A DNA stretch of 64,000 nt from a virus. Of the stretch, positions 27,526-37,192 are shown piece after piece (positions within the stretch are counted from its first letter, which is position 1; each line of letters starts with the position of its first letter). Below the pieces are notes generated by a model. It searched no databases. It was not told where the DNA came from and saw nothing but the letters and a program-made list of their open reading frames with translations. The stretch lies in the IMG/VR virus record IMGVR_UViG_3300044722_000002, positions 9,123-73,122 of that record; one strand, given 5' to 3'. The translations under genes were made by a program, and so were the position numbers.

Positions 27526-28146
27526 TCAGAACGGGATTTCGTTATCGTCATCGGAGAAATCGGACTTAGTGTCCGGCTGTCCGTAGTTGCCGTCGGCGAT
27601 GTCGGGGTACTCCTCCGACTTTTCGATAATCTTCTTGATCCCGTCGCTTAGTTGGTTGAATTTGTCCTCATCATACTCGTCCAGCCAAAAAGCTGACGAC
27701 GGGTTTATTTGTTCCGGGCATTGTGTGTTCTTAGGTAGACCCATGACGCCCGCAATCTTTGTTTTTCCGTTTTCCCCGCCCACGATTGTCAGCATACAGG
27801 GTTTACTGAGGATGCTTTCGAGATCAAACCGGCGAAGTTCATCGTCGGTGAAAACCCTCCCACGCCACGACTCAAGGTCTTTTCGCAGGTTAGCCTTTTC
27901 TCCCAGCGAATTCGTGTAGAACCTGCTCGTGGTAATCGGTACTTGTTTACCTTCGATTTCGATGGTCTCCTCGGGCAGTTCCCATGAAATCAATACCTGG
28001 CTTCGGCGTGTTGGTTGCCCTTTGTACTCTCCGTGCTGTGTTCCTAGGTCCGTGATTCGGAAGCAGCGCGCAAGGTGTGTTCCGGTTGGTGCTGGCGTAA
28101 AAGAACCGCCTCCACTGTCACTAGCGTAACGTCCCATGATATTCAT
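27526..28146 (-). CDS. Phage single-stranded DNA-binding protein
   Basis: F.PAP.GTHLARC..I.DLGTQ, SLGEKANLRKDLESWRG..F; acidic tail DDDNEIPF. Confidence 0.8.
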   Translation of the reverse strand: MNIMGRYASDSGGGSFTPAPTGTHLARCFRITDLGTQHGEYKGQPTRRSQVLISWELPEETIEIEGKQVPITTSRFYTNSLGEKANLRKDLESWRGRVFTDDELRRFDLESILSKPCMLTIVGGENGKTKIAGVMGLPKNTQCPEQINPSSAFWLDEYDEDKFNQLSDGIKKIIEKSEEYPDIADGNYGQPDTKSDFSDDDNEIPF

Positions 28147-28164
28147 TCTCCTTCTTCTACTGGT

Positions 28165-28944
28165 TTATGTGATTTTTACTTCACCCGCGCCTAGTTTTAG
28201 GCAGGGGGATCGGAAATCGCAATATTGACAGGGCCAGCGAGTAATTGCGGGGTTGTCAAGGATTTTCCCTTGGTATTCTCGATCCGGTATCCGGCCCTCA
28301 CTCACCGTCTCGACAATCTGTTTCAGTCTGGCGATCTCCGCTTGAATCTCCGTCTCCCATTGTTCGATCTTAAATCTCCATTCCCAGGTTACGACTTCGT
28401 CTTTCGTCGCGGTCTTTCTCGCGTAGACGATAGCCAGGTACTCAGCGTCAAGACCCTTAGCGGAGATTCCTACCTGTAAGATATGCTCTATCTTCGGCCC
28501 TTCGCCAACTTGATCTTTCTTGTTCCATTGACCGTTACTCTTGAGCTTTGCCCCGGTAGCTAGCTTGAACCCAAAATCGCTTGTCGTTTTGATTTCACAG
28601 CAGACTTTTTTGGAATCTTCCGCTAGGTAACTCAGATCAGCTCGACATGTGATAAAATCTCCGATTACTCCGTTGACCTCAGCCTTCGCTCCGGGCACCT
28701 TTACTAGCAGGGCGGTTTGAATTAGATCGTGAACCGCGTTCCCGATGTGGAAATTGAATAGCGAGTCTCCGGTCAGCGGTGCCCCTTCAAGGCCCGTAAT
28801 TCTGAAAGCGATAGCACGGGCACATCCACCGGCAGAAGAAGCGTTAGCGTGCAGTTTCCCCTCAAGTAAGGACGGCGGCCGGGTTCGCTTCGTCCGCTCA
28901 GACTCAAGATACTCGAATACGATTTTTTCTACGGTTGGCAACAT
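28165..28944 (-). CDS. Cas4-like PD-(D/E)xK exonuclease
   Basis: ASSAGGCAR, G.AVH, D...EIKT, H..Q, WPCQYCDFRSPC (4 Cys). Confidence 0.85.
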   Translation of the reverse strand: MLPTVEKIVFEYLESERTKRTRPPSLLEGKLHANASSAGGCARAIAFRITGLEGAPLTGDSLFNFHIGNAVHDLIQTALLVKVPGAKAEVNGVIGDFITCRADLSYLAEDSKKVCCEIKTTSDFGFKLATGAKLKSNGQWNKKDQVGEGPKIEHILQVGISAKGLDAEYLAIVYARKTATKDEVVTWEWRFKIEQWETEIQAEIARLKQIVETVSEGRIPDREYQGKILDNPAITRWPCQYCDFRSPCLKLGAGEVKIT

Positions 28945-28970
28945 AGGACTATCCTTATCAAAAGCTGGGT

Positions 28971-29177
28971 TTATAAATTGTTATCTTCTCTCCACGGTAG
29001 TCCGTTACGCTTCGCCCATTCTTGAATGAATAGAAGCAGGGATTGATCCCCAAAGTGGTTTGCGTAGTTGTAAATCGCTCTTTCAAGATCAGCGGAGATT
29101 GCGGCATTCAGTCGAATCCCCTCTTCTACGTCTCCGACATAGGCCTCGAAATCAAAATCCGGGAGTTCTGTGTCCAT
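28971..29177 (-). CDS. Hypothetical protein
   Basis: RBS GGGG; operon-coupled. Confidence 0.5.
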   Translation of the reverse strand: MDTELPDFDFEAYVGDVEEGIRLNAAISADLERAIYNYANHFGDQSLLLFIQEWAKRNGLPWREDNNL

Positions 29178-29523
29178 GCCTTACCCCTTCTGTCCCAACC
29201 CGAGCACCCTCATCGATCCATTTAAGGCGCGACTGGTGAACCGTAAGCAGCGATTCAATAGCGCGAATTCTTTCCTTTGCGGAGTCGCGTATGCTCTCGG
29301 CGATTCGCGCTTCCCTCATGTACTTCTGACACGCTAGCGTAGCTTCGGCTTCTCTGACTTTTTGGGTTCCTTCTGCGCGAAGTAAGGACTTGGACCACTC
29401 AACATCATAGTCGGTTCGAGCGTCAGCCGCGACTCGACACAGGCCTTCAAAGTCTTGGGTTAGATCGTCCAGATTGGTGGCCAGCCGGACGAGTTCTTTT
29501 TCAATTTGAATTAAGTCGCTCAT
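29152..29523 (-). CDS. Helical coiled-coil protein, possibly a UvsY-like recombination mediator
   Basis: All-helical pattern; located in the recombination cluster. Confidence 0.45.
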   Translation of the reverse strand: MSDLIQIEKELVRLATNLDDLTQDFEGLCRVAADARTDYDVEWSKSLLRAEGTQKVREAEATLACQKYMREARIAESIRDSAKERIRAIESLLTVHQSRLKWIDEGARVGTEGVRHGHRTPGF

Positions 29524-29541
29524 GGTTTTTGTGACTGGCGT

Positions 29542-29763
29542 TTAGCTTCCAGTGCCGCAAAGCAAATTGCAGTCGGCAACGATAAATCGGTAGCATGTCC
29601 CGCCGTTCTCAAAAAGAAGATCGTCGCTTCCGTATGGCGTCCATCCCATTAGACGCGCAACCGCCGCGTTGAACTCTCTCCACCCCAAGACCGCTCGTCC
29701 GTCCGCTTCGGCGGCTAGTTCCCCTTCAAGGTTCGCTAGTGAGTTCTGTGTTTCATTTTCCAT
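29542..29763 (-). CDS. Hypothetical protein
   Basis: TAATG coupling; RBS AGGAG. Confidence 0.5.
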   Translation of the reverse strand: MENETQNSLANLEGELAAEADGRAVLGWREFNAAVARLMGWTPYGSDDLLFENGGTCYRFIVADCNLLCGTGS

Positions 29764-30086
29764 TAACTCTTCTCCTGAATCTCTCGCCTTACAGCTTCAA
29801 TCGCAGCAACCGCCGCATCTTCCATGTCTGCTTCGGGAGACTCGTCGTACTCCCTGCGTATTAACTGCGCCGTGTTTCTATGCGACTCTTCCCAGCGGTG
29901 GCAGGTATCGACCACGTTCGCCGTGCAGTCTTTCTGGGCGGCAGCTAGCGCGGACTCACAATCAGCCAGCTTTGGGCGCAGAGTGTTCAGTTGTAATTCG
30001 CAGCCTCTTAGCCGCTCAATTTCCGCGTCCTTGTAAGCGACAGCTAACAGTAGATCGTCATAATCACGTTCTCTATTCATGGTCAA
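29763..30086 (-). CDS. Coiled-coil hypothetical protein
   Basis: Operon-coupled. Confidence 0.5.
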   Translation of the reverse strand: MTMNRERDYDDLLLAVAYKDAEIERLRGCELQLNTLRPKLADCESALAAAQKDCTANVVDTCHRWEESHRNTAQLIRREYDESPEADMEDAAVAAIEAVRREIQEKS

Positions 30087-30243
30087 TCCTTTCCGCGATC
30101 AATAACGCCGCTCCCCAAATTGAGAAAAACAATATCCATGCTCCTGACACGGCGGCACCCTCGTATTGGTGTAAGACGGCGAAACGCGTAAAGATTGCTA
30201 GCATTAGCGTCGCCATAAGGAAAAAAATCAGGGAATTACGCAT
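30073..30243 (-). CDS. Small 2-TM membrane protein (56 aa; not in the ORF track)
   Basis: MRNSLIFFLMATLMLAIF...AWILFFSIWGAALLIAE. Confidence 0.5.
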   Translation of the reverse strand: MRNSLIFFLMATLMLAIFTRFAVLHQYEGAAVSGAWILFFSIWGAALLIAERIDHE

Positions 30244-30284
30244 CCTTCACCTTCCTTTCAAGTATTCGCCTTGAGTTCGTCGTT

Positions 30285-30620
30285 TTATAGGGCCTCGTAG
30301 CCATCGTGCTGAATAGATAGAGCGTCATCAAACCTGACTGAATTATCAAAACACCATTCCTTGATCACCTTGCGTTGTCTAGCAGTCGGACGCTTCTCGC
30401 AAATCCATGTTTGCGTTGGCGCATGAAGCCGAATCCAGCCAAGCGATTCTAAGTATTCGTAGCCGTATTCTGATTCGCTGCGGTGGAAATCTTCGTACTT
30501 CCCGATCTCTTTCAAAATGTCAAACGCTTCGCTTTCGTGGTTGGGCCAGCACTCTCTTATTTCGCCGCCAGGGGAAAGCCAGCACTGGCGCAACTGCCGG
30601 AAGTCAATATCGGCATTCAT
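30285..30620 (-). CDS. Phage hypothetical protein
   Basis: WLSP.G...H...A...L...GWIRL...PT..Q motif. Confidence 0.65.
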   Translation of the reverse strand: MNADIDFRQLRQCWLSPGGEIRECWPNHESEAFDILKEIGKYEDFHRSESEYGYEYLESLGWIRLHAPTQTWICEKRPTARQRKVIKEWCFDNSVRFDDALSIQHDGYEAL

Positions 30621-31126
30621 GCTTCAACCTTCCTTTCAATCCAGATTTAGACCGCCCGGCTGTTGAGTTGAAGGCCGCGTCGAAACGCCTCACCGGACGT
30701 GTGTATCATTTTTTCCTTTCAATCCACGCATCAATCAACGCTTCAATCTCTCCACCCAACTCCTCTGCCGCCGCATCCCACTCAGCGTTACTCAGTGTGG
30801 GCCAGAGGGGTGATTCGCGAATACGGGAGTAGGCAAAGTCCGTGGCGGCACTCTGGACGCGCCTGAACCACTGTTGTTGCATGGTTTCCAGTTGTCGCAA
30901 AAACATCTGTTCGCGTCGATCATGGATAGTGTTCTTCATTTTGCCTCCACGGTTTCGTCTTTCAGGTTCAACGCAATAACGTCCCCCGCTTCGTGGGTAC
31001 AGTGCCCGCGCGTCAACCTCGCCGTACTCGCCGTCCATCGTTACCACCCGCGCGGTTCCGAGCACGACGTTATGGGACAGACACCGCACTTTCAGCGGCT
31101 GTCCGGTTGTATTAGCGATCCACCAG

Positions 31127-31282
31127 TCACGATTTGTTATGTTTGCCATTGCCATCCTTCCGTCTTTTGATATCCCAGTAAGGCGAATTACAGCTTGCGC
31201 AGGTGCGCGGTTTCTCGGTTGCGCGCGGCCACCATTTATGACCACAGCGGAGACAGAGTAGCTGTTTAAGAGTTTCAGCCAT
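31127..31282 (-). CDS. Small Zn-ribbon protein, paralog A
   Basis: MAETLKQLLCLRCGHKWWPR..KPRTCASCNSPYWD; RBS GAGG. Confidence 0.75.
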   Translation of the reverse strand: MAETLKQLLCLRCGHKWWPRATEKPRTCASCNSPYWDIKRRKDGNGKHNKS

Positions 31283-31373
31283 TATCTTAGCCTCTTGATT
31301 ATTCGCATGATCGCGGAACCAAAGAAGATTACAGCAGCGGTCCCAACGTCGTTGGTGTTGAAGGTTTCTGTAG

Positions 31374-31670
31374 TCATGGTTTTGGCAGCGCCCTTTCTCC
31401 CGCAGTTTCAGGACTGTTTGCAACACAGTCCGTAGCGGAGGACGCCATAAGGTCAGCAGCAATTCGCTCAAGCGTGCCGTTAATTATTGTCGCCCAAAGT
31501 GCACAAGCATTTCGCCAATGTTCCGGCACTTCCTTCTCGTTGGCAATCTCACGAAGCCAACGCGCAGCGTCCTCTAGTCGAGGTTTGGCGCGAGCTGTTG
31601 CGATAGACAGCGCTTGGGTAATTTCGCACTCGCCAGCGCATGAGTCGCAGTAATGGATTCCTTCTGACAT
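31374..31670 (-). CDS. Hypothetical protein
   Basis: TAATG coupling; RBS GAGG. Confidence 0.55.
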   Translation of the reverse strand: MSEGIHYCDSCAGECEITQALSIATARAKPRLEDAARWLREIANEKEVPEHWRNACALWATIINGTLERIAADLMASSATDCVANSPETAGERALPKP

Positions 31671-31915
31671 TACGCGGTAACCTCGATTCGCGGTAGCGGC
31701 TCGTAAGTGTAGAAGCAGTCGCCAGACTGATTGGCGTACCAGAACTGATCATCAACTTGGGTGAGAAACCAGACCGGAGCCTGCTCGCTACCTACTTGTC
31801 CATCGCGGTAGGTTGTCGCAGTATCAAGAGAATCAGGCTTGCAGGAAAAAATAGCGTTCATACCCAGTCGTTGCATTGGACTCATTTCGACTGTGCCGTG
31901 TTTTTGGTTTGTCAT
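31670..31915 (-). CDS. Hypothetical protein
   Basis: Start MTNQKHG 9 nt after a -10 box. Confidence 0.55.
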   Translation of the reverse strand: MTNQKHGTVEMSPMQRLGMNAIFSCKPDSLDTATTYRDGQVGSEQAPVWFLTQVDDQFWYANQSGDCFYTYEPLPRIEVTA

Positions 31916-31924
31916 AATGAAATC

Positions 31925-31953
31925 AAGATACACTAACTATATCGCCTTGTCAA
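31925..31953 (-). promoter_or_regulatory. sigma70-type promoter, leaderless geometry
   Basis: TTGACA-N17-TATCTT-N9-ATG. Confidence 0.65.
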
Positions 31954-31992
31954 CAGGGTAGGCAAATATAATTTAGCCTAACCGGAAACTGA

Positions 31993-32259
31993 CTACTCCA
32001 ACTCTATTCCCAGTCTCTCTGCTTCCCGTTTCATGGCGTCCCGGTTTGACTGAGGGTGACTACTGCCCCACATGTTGCCCCACAGGTCGCGCAGCCGTGC
32101 TTCCAGTACCTCATGTTCCTCCGGTATTTCCTCTATCGTGACGCGGTAGCGACGGATCAAACAGTGGCCGTTGAATGCGGCAGGGACGGACAGTGGAAAG
32201 TTACCGCCGGTTCCGATGAGGTCGGGGAAAAACGTCTCAAAGGTTCTGTTTTTGTTCAC
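31993..32259 (-). CDS. Hypothetical protein
   Basis: GTG start with AAGGG RBS. Confidence 0.55.
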   Translation of the reverse strand: MNKNRTFETFFPDLIGTGGNFPLSVPAAFNGHCLIRRYRVTIEEIPEEHEVLEARLRDLWGNMWGSSHPQSNRDAMKREAERLGIELE

Positions 32260-32386
32260 GGTTTAACCCTTTTTCTTTTTCTTGGGCACGTTCCATTTGA
32301 GAGACTTGCATCGTGGACACTGCACTGGCAGTTCACCCTCTTTACGACGCTCCCAGGTTGCGTCACATTTATTACAGTGGAGTTTT

Positions 32387-32884
32387 TTAATCATCTGACT
32401 CCTTTGATTCCTTTATTTCGAACTCACGGCCTGCGTGTTCAACGATCGCCATGCCGCGTTCAGCGTTAACCCCAACGCGAAGTCCCGCCTCGACTAAAAA
32501 CGACGCTAGTTCCGCAAGGCGCGCCAGTCGTCGATCTCGTGCGGTAGATCGCTCGGCTTCTTCCTTTTTTCGCTGTGCCTTTCTTTCCTCGGTTTGGCGC
32601 AACTCCCATGTCCTGTATTCAGCGAGAGCCTGTTCGAACTCAAGGACAGTGCCGCACCTTTTGCACAAACGAGCCGTATTAAGGGACAGGGTCAGGTGCC
32701 AAATGTGATGGTCGGGATTCATCGCGCGGCCGCATCGAGTAAACGATTTATGTGTCCCGTTGTGAAAGCAACTCTGGGTGGAAATATGCAACGGCCCGCT
32801 ACCTGTCTTTGGATCATAGTTCCAGATAATGTCAGGGCGAGGCGTTGCCTCAACGTTGCTCACTGGACGAGTTCGTTTTCTCAT
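32387..32884 (-). CDS. Hypothetical Zn-binding protein
   Basis: H...CGR...CKRC; has its own promoter. Confidence 0.6.
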   Translation of the reverse strand: MRKRTRPVSNVEATPRPDIIWNYDPKTGSGPLHISTQSCFHNGTHKSFTRCGRAMNPDHHIWHLTLSLNTARLCKRCGTVLEFEQALAEYRTWELRQTEERKAQRKKEEAERSTARDRRLARLAELASFLVEAGLRVGVNAERGMAIVEHAGREFEIKESKESDD

Positions 32885-32890
32885 GGTCTT

Positions 32891-32920
32891 ATCATAATCC
32901 TAATAATAATATATTGTCAA
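32891..32920 (-). promoter_or_regulatory. sigma70-type promoter, leaderless geometry
   Basis: TTGACA-N18-TATGAT-N6-ATG. Confidence 0.7.
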
Positions 32921-33107
32921 CAGTTAATTTGTGAGAACTACTCGTCCTTTTCCAGCCCTTCGCGCTCTGCGCACGTGGGGCACACGCGATCATCGTCCGC
33001 GTCGCGTACCCAACACGCAGCATCCTCCGGGGAGTCGTCATGACCACAGTGGGCGCAGACGTTGATTGGGAGATGAGAGCCGTGCTCGGTAGAGACTAAT
33101 TCACTGA

Positions 33108-33665
33108 TCATGGCTTCACGTCCTTTACGAGCGCGAGCGCAGCGCGAGCCTGCACCATCGCAGGATCGCCCATCCACGCTTCGTTTGTTTGTTCAAAGCG
33201 AACCATTAAGGTTTCCAGTGCGGCGAGCAGATCAGGTGCGGCAATTATCAGGCGAGCGTTGGCTTTTCCTGTGACAGTGCGCCTGATCCTACAAACAGTT
33301 TCCCACTGGGGGCCGTTGATCACTAAGTCCTGCGTGTGCGATCCCACGGTCCACGGCCCCGGCGTGAACGATGGAGCACTAGTTGGCAGATCGCAATCAG
33401 GCGGTGGCGCAGGCTCATCCCAATGGCCCATTACGGTGTAGTCGTTATCACCTTGCGGGTCCGTCCACCGCCAACCCTCGACCCCTTCCTCGTCGTACAG
33501 TGAAGCTCTCTCGGCTTTCCATCCGGCGGCCACAAACGCATCCGCTCTTGCCTGTTCATCGCTCAACTCGGAAGCGGTCCGCGACTCCGACCGAGGAATG
33601 GCTGAGGTTTTTGCAGCGGATTTCCCTAAAACAGCGTTGGCGTAAGCTTGATCCTTGAATGTCAT
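33108..33665 (-). CDS. Phage protein with TPGPW...ANARLI.AAPDLL.AL domain
   Basis: Recurrent phage motif; RBS AAGGA. Confidence 0.7.
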   Translation of the reverse strand: MTFKDQAYANAVLGKSAAKTSAIPRSESRTASELSDEQARADAFVAAGWKAERASLYDEEGVEGWRWTDPQGDNDYTVMGHWDEPAPPPDCDLPTSAPSFTPGPWTVGSHTQDLVINGPQWETVCRIRRTVTGKANARLIIAAPDLLAALETLMVRFEQTNEAWMGDPAMVQARAALALVKDVKP

Positions 33666-33703
33666 TTTTGATTCCTTTCAGATATTTAACAGGTGGCTTG
33701 TCT

Positions 33704-33949
33704 TTAATCGGCGTCTGCGCCCTTGGCGGCACAGGGAAAGCAATAGCGTTGATTTCCTGATTCAATGAAGTTGCCTGTTTGCACCTTTGCGCCGCACTCG
33801 TAACAGCGGTCCCGCATCATTGCTCGGTTGCCAGCCTTCAATTCTTCGATTCGGGCGAGTTTTGCGGCATGGTCAGCACTCAACGAATTGTCTTTAGTGG
33901 CGTTGCCCGTTGGGGTGGCGAGTTCTTGGGTTTCATTGACCTTTTGCAT
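33704..33949 (-). CDS. Hypothetical Zn-finger protein
   Basis: CYECG...YCFPC; RBS AAGGAG. Confidence 0.55.
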   Translation of the reverse strand: MQKVNETQELATPTGNATKDNSLSADHAAKLARIEELKAGNRAMMRDRCYECGAKVQTGNFIESGNQRYCFPCAAKGADAD

Positions 33950-33988
33950 GATCTTCTTCTCCTTAATCAGTCGGCTTTACGGGATTGC

Positions 33989-34258
33989 TTAGAGCGCATT
34001 CGCCTGGAGCCACGCTTCAAACTTGAGGTTGTTGCGAGCGATACGGCGAAAGTCTTTAAGATTGAAAGTGGCGATACTCCAAACGTGTGAGTCGCCGTGA
34101 CGTTTGCGGGACAGGTGGCTTTTTTCGTTAAGCTGTCCAATGTTCTCAACGTAGCCCAGGCGGGTAGCTGAGACCTGATCGCCGTCGACTCGATCAATGC
34201 GGAAATAGTTACCAGAGTATTGTGAGAGCCAAACTTCCCCGGCTTTTAATGTATTCAT
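33989..34258 (-). CDS. Hypothetical protein
   Basis: RBS AAGGAG. Confidence 0.55.
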   Translation of the reverse strand: MNTLKAGEVWLSQYSGNYFRIDRVDGDQVSATRLGYVENIGQLNEKSHLSRKRHGDSHVWSIATFNLKDFRRIARNNLKFEAWLQANAL

Positions 34259-34312
34259 TTCCAGCTCCTTTATCAGTTTGATCTATCAACACGTCAGTCC
34301 TCGTCATTCTCT

Positions 34313-34639
34313 TCAGTAAATCTTCGTACCCTTCTCGTCCGTCAGACCCGCATCCTGTTCAATCTCTGAAGGGTCGCACTCGTGGTTATTTCCCGCCTTG
34401 TGTTCAGCCTCAGTTGAGCAGCGCATAGTTCGAGCTACGGCTGAGAGAACGCGCACGTACTCAGCCTCTACGGCGTGATCGGTATTATCTTTGGTTACTT
34501 TGATCAGTTTCAGGCAGTTGGTTTCGACCGATTTATCTATGAACGCCTGTTCGTCAGTCTGACCAGTGCGGTAGCCCAGCATCCAGATGACTATGCTGAG
34601 AATTGCCAGCAGGACAGTTGTTGCGATTTTGGCTTTCAT
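34313..34639 (-). CDS. Membrane-anchored hypothetical protein
   Basis: RBS AAGGAG; N-terminal TM segment. Confidence 0.6.
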   Translation of the reverse strand: MKAKIATTVLLAILSIVIWMLGYRTGQTDEQAFIDKSVETNCLKLIKVTKDNTDHAVEAEYVRVLSAVARTMRCSTEAEHKAGNNHECDPSEIEQDAGLTDEKGTKIY

Positions 34640-34679
34640 GTTTTTCTCCTTTGGGATGGAAGTTATTTGGAGCCAGTTG

Positions 34680-35516
34680 TTAGATTGCGACTAAGCCCCA
34701 ATCCTCACTAACACGCTTACGCTCGTGCAGTGTATTCTTTGGCTTGCGGTAGTTTTTCTGGCCCCACGCGATCACGTCTCCGGGCTGACAGCGAATCATA
34801 AGAACTTCCGATGCCAGGTCGTACTCGGCAGCATCGAAATCGTAATGGTCCTTACCTCGGGATGCTGTGACGGTTGCGCCCCACGGCGTACCCCACTCCC
34901 GCGATTCTCCCCGCGTGATAGAAATCTCTACGGCGTTAATCTCGGCACGACGAGCTTTTTTGAGTTTGAGCACGTCCGCTCTTGCTTGCTTCTCTGCGGC
35001 CTCCCGCGCTTCTTTCGCTTCTCGCGCGGCTCTAATTTGTGGTTCTGCTGCGAGTAGAGCCTCGGCCTTAGTTTGCTCGCTCAGGCGCGCCGCCTCATCC
35101 TTCAGTGCGGCGTATCGCGCGGCGTAGGCAGCTTTGACCTCTTCGCTGGCCCCGTAGGGACTATGAGAGGGCGCGATAAAGTACGTGTACTCTACCCGCA
35201 CTTCCTCGGAAAATACCGCACTGGTCGCTGTAGTCAGCTCGGCAGTCTCGATCCATTTTGTAATTTCAGCATCCTTTGCGGCTTGCTCTTGTGCGCTCTT
35301 TTCTGCCGCTGCTTGTCGCGCGAGCACTTCCGCGGAGAGAGCGTCTATTGCTGCCTCCGCTGTCGCCGAGATAATCGTTGGTACGAATCCAGCAGCCAAT
35401 AACTCGCGCTGCTCTATAGGTAGGTCAGCTAGGCTGATTGATACTGTGGTTGTTTCCCACGGCTCTACGCCTGCGAGAATTTGCGCTTGTCGATTGCCCT
35501 TTACCTGTATGTCCAT
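34680..35516 (-). CDS. Hypothetical early protein
   Basis: RBS GGAG before MDIQV; Ala/Glu-rich coiled coil; C-terminal GDVIAWGQKNYRK. Confidence 0.65.
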   Translation of the reverse strand: MDIQVKGNRQAQILAGVEPWETTTVSISLADLPIEQRELLAAGFVPTIISATAEAAIDALSAEVLARQAAAEKSAQEQAAKDAEITKWIETAELTTATSAVFSEEVRVEYTYFIAPSHSPYGASEEVKAAYAARYAALKDEAARLSEQTKAEALLAAEPQIRAAREAKEAREAAEKQARADVLKLKKARRAEINAVEISITRGESREWGTPWGATVTASRGKDHYDFDAAEYDLASEVLMIRCQPGDVIAWGQKNYRKPKNTLHERKRVSEDWGLVAI

Positions 35517-35579
35517 TTTAAATCTCCAGTCCAAGTCCAGTCCAGATGTGCCGTGTCGGTCTCGGCTACGACGATTGAC

Positions 35580-35608
35580 ACTCTACTCTCTATGTATTGA
35601 CTTGTCAA
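35580..35608 (-). promoter_or_regulatory. sigma70-type promoter
   Basis: TTGACA-N17-TAGAGT, with three ATTGAC half-sites. Confidence 0.65.
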
Positions 35609-35659
35609 TAGCTTTCACGAAAATAGCTCTCTCGGGGCGTATGTCCCTTGTTCGCCTTC

Positions 35660-35851
35660 CTACTTAGTTCGCGAGGGTGCTGGCAGTGCTTGGATCTTTG
35701 TTTGTGGGCCTACGGTGCCATCCCTGCGCTTTTTGTCCCAGAAGGGTGAGTTACACAGCCGGTTAGCGCAGGCTTTGGGCTTCTCAGGGCTTCGGGGATA
35801 CCATCTGTTACCACAGCGGAGGCAGAGAAGTTGTTTAAGAGTTTCAGTCAT
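35660..35851 (-). CDS. Small Zn-ribbon protein, paralog B
   Basis: MTETLKQLLCLRCGNRWYPR..KPKACA...CNSPFWD. Confidence 0.75.
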   Translation of the reverse strand: MTETLKQLLCLRCGNRWYPRSPEKPKACANRLCNSPFWDKKRRDGTVGPQTKIQALPAPSRTK

Positions 35852-35855
35852 GATC

Positions 35856-36122
35856 TCAAAAGTTATTGCAGTCCGCGTAGTTAGTTAACGCTGATTCGGC
35901 TTGCGGCTTTTCTTCGGACATTAGTCGGGCGCAAGGCTTCGTTGTGTCAATGACCGTTCCGCCAAACTTACACGCTACGTCATAGGTAAAGCGAACGGCA
36001 CGGTTTAGGCAGAAATTGCAAACGAGCAGGTTGTTGATATTCTGCAACTGTCCCGCGTTTGGATCGCAACGACGATGCCCGCCGCAAAGGTCACACGCTG
36101 AATGTCCGCATTGATATTTCAT
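35856..36122 (-). CDS. Cys-rich hypothetical protein
   Basis: CGH..CDLC...C...CNFC. Confidence 0.55.
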   Translation of the reverse strand: MKYQCGHSACDLCGGHRRCDPNAGQLQNINNLLVCNFCLNRAVRFTYDVACKFGGTVIDTTKPCARLMSEEKPQAESALTNYADCNNF

Positions 36123-36128
36123 AGTTGT

Positions 36129-36719
36129 TTAAGAGTTTGAGTCAGCGAAGGTCGGACGTTTACGTGAATGCACATTCTCAGTGTTACCGCAGATGTCACA
36201 CGTTAGTCCGCCTTGGAATGGCTGAAATACGTGGCCGTGGATGTAGGGACGCGGAGACTCCGAAGCGCGCTCGCTAATTCCTTCGACATAGAGCGCGTAT
36301 TTACCCTCTTCATCGTTAGGGTCTAAAGGCTTTTGGCTGTCAGAAGAAGTAGGTATCTTTTCTGACGGGCCTTTGTGGTCTTGTTCTGTTTCCAGCTCTG
36401 TAACTCCTTGCTTTGCTTGCTCTTGCTCCAGCCAAGTTTTTATTTCATCGAACGAGTGCGGCACGGTTTGAGCGATAGCAGGGTTGGTTGTCTTTATATC
36501 CCAACGGCCTGTTCGTAACCAGTCCTCAGCGGCCTCGTGATAACCATCAACGTAGCCACGATCATAGTCTGCGTTCTCCGCTGGTTCCCTGCTCTCCCGA
36601 TCATTATTGAGACTCTCCACCGTCGCGCAAAGACAAGCGCACTCCACATGCTCACCCTCCGGGCAACCGTTGTGAAAGCCGCAGATACACCGCCCACCCA
36701 CATTAGACTGAGGTTTCAT
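36129..36719 (-). CDS. Hypothetical protein
   Basis: Cys clusters and YDRGYVDGY motif. Confidence 0.55.
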   Translation of the reverse strand: MKPQSNVGGRCICGFHNGCPEGEHVECACLCATVESLNNDRESREPAENADYDRGYVDGYHEAAEDWLRTGRWDIKTTNPAIAQTVPHSFDEIKTWLEQEQAKQGVTELETEQDHKGPSEKIPTSSDSQKPLDPNDEEGKYALYVEGISERASESPRPYIHGHVFQPFQGGLTCDICGNTENVHSRKRPTFADSNS

Positions 36720-36862
36720 GGTTTAGTTTCCTAACGTCGCACTGTCAGGCCACAGACTCAGCCACCAACGAGCAGAGCGCAGATTCCGCTCCCCCGGCTT
36801 GTCGTATCGGTTTGAGGCTATAAACAGCGCCACTATTTGCAATCGTTGTCTGAATGTTCGTT

Positions 36863-37177
36863 TCATGCGTTGAATCCGTCGAAGCAGTTTGTGTCGCCGT
36901 AGTTCGTTAGAACGCTCTCTCTGTCGGTAAGTTCGGCAATCTCAACCTCGCGCTCAGTGGCAGGGATAATCCAGCCCTTGCGTACCATTGCTTCCCGAAT
37001 GTCATTGGCAAGCATTTGCTCCCGTAACTCCCGCTCAAAAACATTAACCTCTTCGACTGTCTCTAAGGAGTCGCCAGCAAATTCGGTCGCGCCGGTATAG
37101 TCAGCGGGATACCAGCCGAGCCACATTTTAAAGTTTTCAAGTGCGTGGAGTACATTGCTGTTTGGCTTTGTCGTCAT
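36863..37177 (-). CDS. Hypothetical protein
   Basis: RBS GGAG. Confidence 0.55.
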   Translation of the reverse strand: MTTKPNSNVLHALENFKMWLGWYPADYTGATEFAGDSLETVEEVNVFERELREQMLANDIREAMVRKGWIIPATEREVEIAELTDRESVLTNYGDTNCFDGFNA

Positions 37178-37192
37178 GGTTTCTCCGATTTG

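Noticed and set aside
28165-28944. Cas4-like gene as a sign of CRISPR-Cas
   Set aside because: No repeat-spacer array or other cas genes; it sits beside SSB as a recombination nuclease.
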